Assembly: GCA_963772835.1 (NCBI GenBank)
Contig: CAVYYZ010000001.1
Location: forward strand, 96,001-160,000
Length of the DNA: 64,000 nucleotides
Source: an uncultured delta proteobacterium
Lineage (GTDB): Bacteria; Desulfobacterota; Desulfuromonadia; Geobacterales; Pseudopelobacteraceae
Direction of reading: 5' to 3'
Both the position numbers and the translations under genes were made by a program. Numbering within the stretch: the stretch's first letter is position 1; each line of letters begins with the position of its first letter. Positions 54,478-64,000 of the stretch are shown here, piece by piece. The notes below the pieces were generated by a model that worked only from the letters and a program-made list of their open reading frames with translations, was not told where the DNA came from and did no database searches.

Positions 54478-56041
54478 TCAATGCCCCATTCCGCCACCTT
54501 CGATGTGTGACGGTCGTTTCAACAGGAACAGCAAGGGAATGATGACCAGGAAGGCCAGGCCGATGATGAAGAAGATGCGGTTGAAGGCCAGCGCACCGGC
54601 CTGACGGCGAACTGCTCCGTACATCATGCCGAGTGCGGTTGTGTCTGCCTGAGAGATTGCAACCCCTTTGGAAATCAGTGCCTGCTTCAAGCTCTCGAAA
54701 CGCATCTGCCAGATCGGATTGTACGGGTTGACATTGGCAACAAGGCAGGTCTGGTAAAACTGCTGGTAGCGCGTCAGCAGGGTTGCAGCCATGGCTATGC
54801 CGACACTGCCGCCGATGTTGCGCAGCAGGTTGAACATGCCGGTGGCGTTGCCCATCTCTTCCCGGGATGATCGAGGCCAGTGTGACGGTGGTAAGCGGCA
54901 CGAAGATCATTGCCAGCCCGAAACCCAGAACAATTCGGGGCCAGGTGTAGTCCCAGAATGCTCCCTGCAGGTTCAGCCCCTGCATGATGAACATGGCGGT
55001 TGCCCCGAGCAGCAGTCCGACAAAAACAATTTTGCGGCCGTCCCGTTTGGCCAGTGCCGCCCCGACCAGCGGCATGGTGAAGAGTGTCGCAACTCCGCCG
55101 GGAGCCATGACCATGCCGGCGTCGGTGGCCGAGTACCCCATCAGTGTCTGCAGGAACAGCGGGATCAGCATGATGGAACTGTAGAGGGCAAAGCCGACAA
55201 CAAACATGATCAGGTTGCCGGCCGAGAACGATACGTTTTTGAACAGGCGCAGGTTGATGATCGGATTCTCGTGGGTCAGTTCGACCCAGATCAGTGCGAT
55301 CAGGGAAATGACGGTAATGATACTGAAGTGATGATGAATGACGAATTGAACCAATCCTCCTGCTGCCCCTTGTCCAGCACCACCTGCAGCGATCCCATGC
55401 TGGCAACCAGCAGAAACAGCCCCCAGTAATCGATCTTGAGCGCTCTGGCCTTTTTGCGTAGATAGTCGGGATCAAAAATGAAGAAGGCGCACATGATCAT
55501 GGCGATGATGCCGATCGGCAGATTGATGTAGAAGATCCAGCGCCAGCTCATGTTGTCGGTGATCCAGCCTCCCAGAGCCGGACCGACGATCGGGCCGAAC
55601 ATGGCACCCACCCCGAAGATGGCCATGGCCATGCCGCGCTGGTGGGGTGGAAAGGTTTCCATCAGAATAGCCTGGCTGATCGGGATCAACGCGCCGCCGG
55701 CAGCCCCCTGCAGAATCCGGAAAAATATCAGCGATGCCAGATTTGGGGCGGCTCCGCAGAGCAGTGATGCCAGTGTGAACAGCACGATACAGGTCATCAG
55801 AAAACGCTTGCGGCCGAACACGCGTGACAGCCAGCCGGTCATCGGGAGTACCACCGCATTGGCAACCAGGTAGGAGGTCAACACCCAGGTGACCTCGTCC
55901 GTACCGGCATTGAGGCTCCCCTGCATGTGCGGCAGGGCCACGTTGGCGACCGAGGTGTCGATGATCTCCATGATGGCGGGGAGCATGACGGTGATGGTGA
56001 TCAGCCATTTATTTATGGTTTTGTCTGTCGGATGGTTTCAT
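54478..56041 (-). CDS. emrB: EmrB/QacA DHA2 MFS subunit, frameshifted (~56035, ~55325, ~54860)
   Basis: IMEIIDTSVANVALPHM, TWVLTSYL, FGRKR, GPALGGWITDN..WRWIFYINLP, VLDKGQQEDWF, NLLRNIGGS across frames. Confidence 0.85.
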
Positions 56042-56049
56042 GTGTTTCC

Positions 56050-56124
56050 GAAGGGGCGAGTCGGCGACCCGCCCGTTTTTTGGTGTTTCTTTGAACAGGG
56101 GCGGCCACATGAGGCCGCCCCTAC
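56050..56124. repeat. REP-like palindrome doublet (GTAG family)
   Basis: Minus strand GTAG-GGGCGGCC-tcatgt-GGCCGCCC (56124-56099) and plus strand GAAG-GGGCGAGTCG-g-CGACCCGCCC (56050-56074), in inverted orientation. Confidence 0.6.
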
Positions 56125-56127
56125 AGG

Positions 56128-57261
56128 CTATTTAAACGGGTTCAGTTCCTTCAAAACATCCCCGCTTGATCGTGCCGGTCAGCACGATCGGAATGACGCT
56201 CATGCCGACCCGCAGCAGTCGTTCAGGGTCGGAATTGCTGTCGATGTTGATCTTTACCGGCACCCGCTGGACGACTTTGACGTAGTTGCCGGTGGCGTTC
56301 TCGGGCGGAAGCAGGGAAAAGGCCGCTCCGGTGCCGGCCATGATGCTGTCAACCGTGCCGTTGAATGTTCTGCCCGGATAGGCATCAACGGAAAACTCAA
56401 CTTTTTGTCCCGGTTTCAGATAGGTGATCTGGCGTTCCTTGTAGTTGGCGGTGATCCAGGCCTCCTGCAGCGGCACAAGCGCCATCAGCGGCTGTCCGGC
56501 CTGGATGTTGACGCCAGATTCGATCGATTTGCGGGTGATGTAGCCGTCTCGTGCGGCATAGATTTTTGTGTACGAAAGCTGAAGTTCTGCTTCGTCCAGT
56601 TGTGCCTTGCGCTGAAGTATTTTGGCTTTACTGCCCGCACTTGTTTGCCAGGCCGGCTTCGGCCTGGCAGCGTTTGAGCGCTTCCTCAGCTTCTTTCAGT
56701 CTGCGCTTCGCTGACCCGCCTGGCGGTTGTCAGACGATCCAGCTGCTCTTTCGGCAGCACATCACGTCGGTACAGTTTTTCGGCTCGATTCAGATCCAGC
56801 ACAGCCTGATCGAAGCGGGCTCTTGGCCGATTGCAGCGCCGCCCGGGCTCCATCCGCCTTCATCTGCTCGCCGCCGCGTTTCGTTTTCGGCCATGCCGAC
56901 TCCGGCAGCAGCTTTTGCTATCTGAATCTGATAGTCGCGCCCGTCGATTTCCAGCAGCAGATCGCCTTGCCTGACAAACTGGTTGTCGATCGACCAGCAC
57001 GCGTGCCACCGTACCGGAAACTTTGGATGAAACGGGAACGATGCGTGCTTCGATAAAGGCATTATCGGTTTCGATATGGGTCTTGCTGGTGATGAACATG
57101 TTCAGGCCGAGCCATCCGCCGACGATGATGACGGTCAGCAGTATCACCAGTCCTTTTATCTTTTTGCCGTTGCCGGCCTTTGGGTCAGGCGATGATTCTG
57201 TCTGCAGGGTCTCTGGTGAAACCTCTGTTTCGGTAGATGGTGATCCGATATCTTCTGCCAT
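56128..57261 (-). CDS. emrA: EmrA/HlyD membrane fusion protein, multiple frameshifts
   Basis: ETDNAFI, SKVSG.V..V, DNQFVRQGDLL, ANYKE.Q, GAAFSLLPPENATGNYVKVVQRVPV. Confidence 0.85.
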
Positions 57262-57318
57262 ATGTCCTCCGGTGCTTGTGTCGTTTAATCAGGTAATTAA
57301 CTTGAAGGATACGGTCGC

Positions 57319-58593
57319 CTACAGTTCGCCGAGCGCATTCTGCAGACGGGCTGTGGCGGTCTGGAAGTCATAGAGTGCACGGTAGTACTCAGTTTTGGCT
57401 TGTGCTGTCAGCGCCTGGGCATCCAGTACTTCCGAGGCCATTCCGACCCGTTCCTGATAACGCTCCTTGTTGATTCGCAGGTTCTCCTCGCTCTGCCGTA
57501 TTGCCGTTTCTGCGACACCGATCCTCATTTGTGCAATCCCCGCATCGTTGCGGGAAGTCGAGATTTCAAGTTGCGCGCGCTGTTCTGTAAGTCTCAGGAT
57601 ATCCTGCTGTTTTGAACGCAACTTGACCGCTTTCTCGCGGGACGCCTGCTGGGCGTAGCCGTCGAACAGGTTAATGCGAATGCCGAGCGTGGCAGAAAAG
57701 ATGGTCTGTTCGCGCACCTTGTCGTTCTGGACGTAATCGGCGCTGAGACTTGTATATAGTTCGGGTATATAGTTTTCCCGATTTCCCTGCACCTCAAACT
57801 CGCGCGCTTCGAGGATCCGCTTCTGGGCCTGTATGTCGTGACGATTGTTATTAGTATCACCGGTGCCGGACCTGTCATGACCGGTGGTGATACGTGTAGT
57901 TGTCTCATCAAGTTCACCACGGAAGCCGGGATCACTTCCGGTGAGAAAATTAAGGAGCAGCCAGGCGTTTTCCCGTGTGTTGGTCACCGTCATTTTCTTT
58001 TGTACAGCAGAGGCGAGGCGTACCTCCGCCTGCAGCACATCATTGCGGGTAACGACACCCTCCTCAAACAGAACCTGTGCCACGCGGCGATGTTCCGTTA
58101 TCTGCTCGACCTCTTCCGCCGCTGCCTGTACCAGTCTCTCGGCTTCAAGTACCCGGAAATAGGTTTCGATAACCTGCAGCGTGACCTCGCCTTTGCTGAA
58201 CAGGAACCCCTCGGCGGCCGCTTCCGAATATGCGCCGGCCTGACGGACCCGTGCTTCGCGCTGTCCGAAATCGTAGAGAGTGTAACTGACCGCAATTCCG
58301 GCAAACGCAAAATCCGCTTCCTGTGTCTCTGCAGTGACCCCGTTTATCTTCACCGCCTGTGGTTCCAACTGCATCGTATATCCACCCTTGGCGTCAACAC
58401 GAGGATAGTACGATGCCTTCGCCTGTTGGTGCCCTTCCCGGGCAATTGGGGCGTCCCATGCGGCGCTCTTCAGAGCCGGATTATTGTCACGCGCTTTTTG
58501 CAGGCAATCCTGCAGGGAGAGTGACGCACCCCAGGAGAGAGATGCCAGTCCGAGAAAAACCGCTGTTACAAGGCTAACAGGCAGGAAGTTCAT
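57319..58593 (-). CDS. TolC-family outer-membrane efflux protein
   Basis: Signal peptide, LSLQDCLQKA..NNP, YTLYDFG, YF.VL.A, ERYQE.V....EVLDAQ. Confidence 0.92.
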   Translation of the reverse strand: MNFLPVSLVTAVFLGLASLSWGASLSLQDCLQKARDNNPALKSAAWDAPIAREGHQQAKASYYPRVDAKGGYTMQLEPQAVKINGVTAETQEADFAFAGIAVSYTLYDFGQREARVRQAGAYSEAAAEGFLFSKGEVTLQVIETYFRVLEAERLVQAAAEEVEQITEHRRVAQVLFEEGVVTRNDVLQAEVRLASAVQKKMTVTNTRENAWLLLNFLTGSDPGFRGELDETTTRITTGHDRSGTGDTNNNRHDIQAQKRILEAREFEVQGNRENYIPELYTSLSADYVQNDKVREQTIFSATLGIRINLFDGYAQQASREKAVKLRSKQQDILRLTEQRAQLEISTSRNDAGIAQMRIGVAETAIRQSEENLRINKERYQERVGMASEVLDAQALTAQAKTEYYRALYDFQTATARLQNALGEL

Positions 58594-59017
58594 ACATCCT
58601 CCGTTCACCACGCAAAATTTCCAGCATCCGTCGGAGTTCTGTGAGCTCTTTTTCGTTCAGTCCGGTGGTGATACGGTTCAGTGCCCGTTCTGCGCATCCG
58701 GTCAGAGTGTTCTCCATAGATTTCCCCTGTTCCGTAAGATAAATCCTGTACGCCCGCCGGTCCTGCGGGTGCTGGCGCCGTTCCAGCAGACCGTTCCTCT
58801 CGAGCCTGTCGATCAGGCCGCCGATTGTGGATCGATCTATCTGTCCCTTTTCTGACAGCTCGACCTGCGTCAGGCCGTCCTGCTGCCAGAGAAATGAAAG
58901 GAGCGCAAACTGGGGCGGGGTGAGGTCATACGGTTCGATCTCTTCCCGCATAATTGCCCAGGCGCGCTGGTAGGCTTTGGAAAGCAGAAAACCGATGCTT
59001 TTTTCAATATCGTACAT
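58574..59017 (-). CDS. MarR-family regulator
   Basis: LTPPQF.LL, GLTQVEL, DRLERNGL.ER..HPQDRRAY.IYLTEQG. Confidence 0.94.
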   Translation of the reverse strand: MYDIEKSIGFLLSKAYQRAWAIMREEIEPYDLTPPQFALLSFLWQQDGLTQVELSEKGQIDRSTIGGLIDRLERNGLLERRQHPQDRRAYRIYLTEQGKSMENTLTGCAERALNRITTGLNEKELTELRRMLEILRGERRMYELPAC

Positions 59018-59040
59018 GGTGGAGTCCTTCGTAATCAGAA

Positions 59041-59076
59041 TTATTATCATTATGCAGATAATAAGTATGCTGTCAA
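59041..59076 (-). promoter_or_regulatory. marR promoter with overlapping palindromic operator
   Basis: TTATTATC-N8-GATAATAA (59041-59064) overlaps minus-strand TTGACA-N16-CATAAT. Confidence 0.65.
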
Positions 59077-59135
59077 TGTGAAAAGTAAGTTTAAAGCGTT
59101 TACAAGAGAAGCAGCATTGCTTATTATGTGCCGCT

Positions 59136-59598
59136 ATGGATGACGTCACTGAGATTACTGTCCGCCCGATGATTGCGATTGATCTTGAAGCCGTTACGGC
59201 AATAGAGAGAACTTCATATGAAACGCCCTGGAGCTGTGAGCATTTTCAGAACGAGATTGAAGCCCAATATTCATGGCCTCTCGTGGCTGAAGCAGGTGGC
59301 ACCGTCATCGGGTATGTCTGTCTGATGTCACTGTTCGAAGAAGCACAGATATTGAACATTGCAGTATCGCCGCTTCAGCGCGGAAGAGGAATTGCGCGAC
59401 GGCTTCTGGAGCGGGCGTTCAAACTGGCGCTTGAAAACGGAGCTGAGGTCATGTCTCTTGAGGTACGGGCCTCTAACAGTACCGCACTTTCACTGTATGA
59501 ACGGCTTGGCTTCAAACGTGTCGGCATTCGTGCCGGATATTATGAATCTGACTGAAGATGCACTATTGATGGAAAAACGAATCAAGGAGAACCCGTAA
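59136..59598 (+). CDS. rimI: Ribosomal-protein-alanine N-acetyltransferase, +1 frameshift near 59550
   Basis: PWS...F, EAQILNIAV, RGRGIA, LEVRASN..A..LY..LGF, YY then EDALLM in the next frame. Confidence 0.88.
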
Positions 59599-60418
59599 TG
59601 CAGTTTACCTCAATGATTCTTTCAAATGTGGAGGTCTCGCCCGGATATTGGCGGATGCGCATGACCGCTCCAGCCGAGTTTGCCTCCGCACGACCCGGCC
59701 AGTTTGTGATGGTGCGGGTCAATGGTGCAATCGACCCGCTGCTGCGGCGTCCCTTCGGCATTTTTGATGTCGGCACCTACACTCCCGCTCAGAGCGGTGC
59801 CGTAGCCGCAGCCGTATCTGGAGATGCTGTACCGGGTGGTGGGGAAGGGGACCGCCATGCTGTCAACGCTGCATGGTACCGATCTGCTTGATGTCCTTGG
59901 CCCGCTCGGCAAAGGCTTTGATCTGGGAGCGGCCGACGAAGAAAAGCTGATTGTCGGCGGCGGGGTAGGGCTGGCGCCGCTCTATCTGCTGGCCAAAGAG
60001 CTGGTAAAGCAATCAAAGGTACGGCTGTTTGCCGGTGGACGGACCAGGGACGATATTCTCTGCATCACCGAATTCGAACGGCTTGGGGTCGAATGCTATA
60101 CCGCCACCGAAGATGGTTCTCTGGGAGAATGCGGCCTGGTGACCGAGGCGCTGCTGCGGCGACTGGATGAGGTACAGGGGAAGGCGACCATCTATGCCTG
60201 CGGACCGCACGGCATGCTGAACGCCGTTGCCGGAATCGCGGCACAGCGCAATATCCCCTGCCAGGTTTCGCTGGAAGGATATATGGCGTGCGGAGTCGGG
60301 GCCTGTCTCGGCTGCGTTGCCCCGGGGCGCTCCCATTCACCGGAAACACCCGGACTTCCGCTGTGTCTGTACCGAAGGGCCGGTCTTTGAATCGGGCGAA
60401 CTGAAGTGGAGGGAATGA
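59598..60418 (+). CDS. pyrK: Dihydroorotate dehydrogenase electron-transfer subunit, two +1 frameshifts
   Basis: PGQFVM, LLRRPF, VVGKGT, GPLGKGF, GGGVGLAP, YACGP, MACGVGACLGC, VCTEGPVF. Confidence 0.9.
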
Positions 60419-60431
60419 CCATGAAAACTGC

Positions 60432-61349
<918 letters not shown>

Positions 61350-61353
61350 GGAG

Positions 61354-62026
61354 ATGCTGGAAATCTGGCTGGCATTTTCGATCGGTCTTGCCGGCAGCGG
61401 CCATTGTCTCGGCATGTGCGGCGGGATCGTGATCCGCATTGGCTCTCTCACGGCGTGATTACGATGCGGCGGGTCGTTTTCTGTATAATCTTCTGTACCA
61501 TGCCGGACGAATAGCTACCTACTGTCTGCTGGGACTTCTGGTCGGCATGGCGGCCCAGGCCGGAATGGTGGAGACCTTGAAACCTCTTGTCACGTGGCTT
61601 TTTCTGGCTGCCAATCTTATTGTCACGGCACTCGGTCTTTTTACTGCTCTGGGTGTGCGTGCCTTTGGCATTTCGGCACTTGACGGTTCCGGATGGGGTT
61701 TTCTGAGGGTGCAGCTCTCACGGGTGTCGACGAGCGCATCTGTAGCGGCGGCCATCCCGGCCGGACTTCTGATGGGGCTTTTGCCGTGCGGTTTGGTGTA
61801 CGGAGTTCTGATCGCTGCGGCAACCAGCGGATCCGCCCTGAAGGGCGGTGGTATGATGCTGGCCTTTGGATTGGGAACGCTGCCTGCTCTGCTGGCGTAC
61901 GGACAGGTGGCCTCTTCACTTTCATCCCTGGCGAGGGGAGTGTTCCAGCGCTGTATGGGGGGCATCGTAGCCCTTCTTGGGATCATGGGCGTCTGGAAGG
62001 CGCTGGCAGCGTTGGGTTATTTGTAG
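61354..62026 (+). CDS. DsbD_2 / TauE-SafE-like membrane protein, +1 frameshift near 61432
   Basis: GLAGSGHCLGMCGGIV, YHAGR..TY, GLLPCGLVY, MLAFGLGTLP. Confidence 0.85.
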
Positions 62027-62152
62027 GGGCTGCTTTTGACGGAGTTGGTGAAAAGCCGTACATCAGGTTTCAAAGTCATTAGAAGATAACGGATAAATCC
62101 GTACGAATTGTCAAAACGCATCAGTTCTGAAATTCATCCACAAGGCGCCATT

Positions 62153-64000
62153 ATGAAAGAGCCGCAACAATCACTCGGTTTACGCACACTGGAGGACATC
62201 AGTTCGATCATCCTGCATTCGCATGATCTGCAGGATACGCTCGACAATATCGTTACCCTGGTGGCCAAACGGATGGGGAGCGATGTCTGCTCGATCTACC
62301 TGCTGGAAAACGATGGTGAAACCCTGACCCTGAAGGCGACCAAAGGACTCTCAAAGGCATCTGTCAATCGCGTTTCCATGAAAGTTCATGAAGGGTTATG
62401 CGGTCTCACCGTTGAAACCCGCGCAATGGTCATGACCGAAAATGCCCCGGCGCATCCGCGCTACAAATATTTCAAGGAGGCGAAGGAGGAACAGTTCCTT
62501 TCGTTTCTGGGGCTGCCGCTGTTCGAGCACAAGGCGCCTATCGGCGTCATCGTCGTACAGACCCGGGAAACCCGCAGATTCAGCGACGATGAAATCAGCG
62601 TCCTGCGCACCATCACCTTTCAGATCGGAAGCATCGTTCATACCGGCCGGCTGCTCGATTCGATTCAGCACAAGGAGCAGGAACGGGCCTGGTTTGAAAA
62701 AGAGCTTGCCAAAATCCGGAACGGTTCGGGGAGTGAATCTGCCTCCCCCGGTGTCGGTAAAACGAAGCGGGCTCCCGTTTCTAAAACGCTGGCCGGGACC
62801 GCAGTGTCTCCCGGCTTCAGTCGAGGGAAAATATATATCCTCGACCGTTTCAACGACAAAGTCATCAAGCTGGCAAAAGTAGGGACTCCTGCCGAAGAGG
62901 GACATAAATTTGTCCAGGCCCTTGAAAAGGCCAAAATACAGACAATTTATATGGAAAAGCGGGTCAGTGAAACTCTCTCGGCCGATGACGCCGCCATCTT
63001 CCATACTCATCTGATGATTCTGGAAGACCGGAGTTTTTCTTCCAAAGTAACCGATCTGATCGAGCAGGGTATGGGCGCAACCCGTGCCGTGCATGATGTC
63101 GTCCAGCATTATGTGCAGGCATTTTCGGCCATGGAGGACCCTTATCTGCGTGAGCGTTCGGCGGATATGGAAGACATCGGTCGGCGGGTCATCGACGCCA
63201 TTGAAGGGAATAATTCCAATGAGGTCACGCTCAAAGAAAAACGGGTTCTCGTAGCGGATGATATATTCCCATCCACCCTCGCGATGCTTGACCCGAACAA
63301 GATCCTCGGCATCGTTACTGAAAAGGGCAACTCCTATTCCCACGCCGCCATAATGGCAAAATCGCTCGGGATACCGGCCGTTCTCGGTGTACAGGGAATT
63401 ATGGCTGCCGCCAATGTCAAGGATGAGATCATCGTTGACGGTACCTCGGGGCATGTGTATCTCAATCCGGATGCCGGTATCAAAAAAGAGTACGTGCGCC
63501 TCGAACAGGAGTATGCCGGCCGGATGAAGGAGCTTGAAAGCCTGCGTGACCTGTCTGCGGTTACGACCGACGGTGTTTCGATTGTTCTGAGCGCCAATAT
63601 CGGATTGATTTCAGATGTCCGGGTAGCCAATCTGCACGGTGCCGAGGGGGTGGGGCTCTATCGCACCGAATTCCCCTACATGGCGCGTTCCGCCTTTCCA
63701 GGTCGTGAAGAGCAGGCCGGCATCTATCGCAAAATTCTTGAAGGCTTCCCCGGTCAGACCGTCAACATCCGCACTCTTGACATCGGCGGCGACAAGGGAC
63801 TTTCCTACTTTCCCTATCCTCACGAAGATAATCCTTTCCTGGGGTGGCGCTCGATCCGTGTTTCGCTGGAACGTCAGGATATATTCAAGGAACAGCTGGC
63901 CGGCATACTGCTCGCATCACATGCAGGCAACCCGACGATCATGTTTCCGCTTGTCAGCAGCCTTGATGAAATCCGGCAGATCAGGGAAATACTGACATCG
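62153..64000 (+). CDS. ptsP: GAF-domain phosphoenolpyruvate-protein phosphotransferase (EI-Ntr), partial, runs off the window end
   Basis: Manual translation: DVCSIYLL, HPRYKYF, FLGLPL..IGVIVVQ (GAF), YLRERSADMED, SHAAIMA (phospho-His), GVGLYRTEF, IRTLDIGGDK, EDNPFLGWRSIR. Confidence 0.93.
   Translation, partial: MKEPQQSLGLRTLEDISSIILHSHDLQDTLDNIVTLVAKRMGSDVCSIYLLENDGETLTLKATKGLSKASVNRVSMKVHEGLCGLTVETRAMVMTENAPAHPRYKYFKEAKEEQFLSFLGLPLFEHKAPIGVIVVQTRETRRFSDDEISVLRTITFQIGSIVHTGRLLDSIQHKEQERAWFEKELAKIRNGSGSESASPGVGKTKRAPVSKTLAGTAVSPGFSRGKIYILDRFNDKVIKLAKVGTPAEEGHKFVQALEKAKIQTIYMEKRVSETLSADDAAIFHTHLMILEDRSFSSKVTDLIEQGMGATRAVHDVVQHYVQAFSAMEDPYLRERSADMEDIGRRVIDAIEGNNSNEVTLKEKRVLVADDIFPSTLAMLDPNKILGIVTEKGNSYSHAAIMAKSLGIPAVLGVQGIMAAANVKDEIIVDGTSGHVYLNPDAGIKKEYVRLEQEYAGRMKELESLRDLSAVTTDGVSIVLSANIGLISDVRVANLHGAEGVGLYRTEFPYMARSAFPGREEQAGIYRKILEGFPGQTVNIRTLDIGGDKGLSYFPYPHEDNPFLGWRSIRVSLERQDIFKEQLAGILLASHAGNPTIMFPLVSSLDEIRQIREILTS

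Noticed and set aside
62027..62152. Possible MITE-like inverted ends (ttttgac...gtcaaaa) before ptsP
   Set aside because: Only 7 bp of match and no second copy in the window.
62396..63454. 352-aa minus-strand ORF
   Set aside because: It is antisense to ptsP, which the track missed because it has no stop inside the window.

Overview
This is a mostly housekeeping chromosomal window. Gene content and order suggest a Geobacteraceae/Desulfuromonadales-like deltaproteobacterium, which is an inference and not a database result. In order it holds: peptide ABC ATPases; a heme-c/HAMP/GAF/HD-GYP sensor phosphodiesterase; spoIID-like-queA-tgt-yajC-secD-secF-TPR; recJ-CDF-ResB-like; MATE-mtaB; cimA; comEA; an unannotated 51-aa Zn-ribbon sORF; rph-rdgB-rlmD; tRNA-Val-thrS-infC(ATA start)-rpmI-rplT-pheST-ihfA-merR-tRNA-Pro. 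A ~3.5 kb accessory insert (LysR plus MFS, with att-like signals) lies between convergent tRNA-Pro and tRNA-Val. It is followed by tRNA-Asp, hup, clpX-clpP-tig, tRNA-Leu; a coupled yhbY-gph-aor-yraN-nitrilase-nadE-yciH operon; yyaL-like, uvrD/rep, an outer-membrane barrel, ppk1; a group 1 [NiFe]-hydrogenase (small, large, cytochrome b); MarR-TolC-EmrA-EmrB; rimI-pyrK-pyrD-DsbD_2; and a partial ptsP. Two blocks (~31.2-34 kb and ~54.8-61.4 kb) carry many single-base indels, including in pyrD and pyrK, and these look like consensus errors rather than biology. I found no CRISPR array, integrase, transposase or defence system, and no clear new multi-gene system. The best leads are the heme-c HD-GYP sensor, the orphan Zn-ribbon microprotein, the Asp-substituted hydrogenase proximal-cluster motif, candidate RNA leaders (thrS, rplT), a REP doublet and the eroded tRNA-anchored island.
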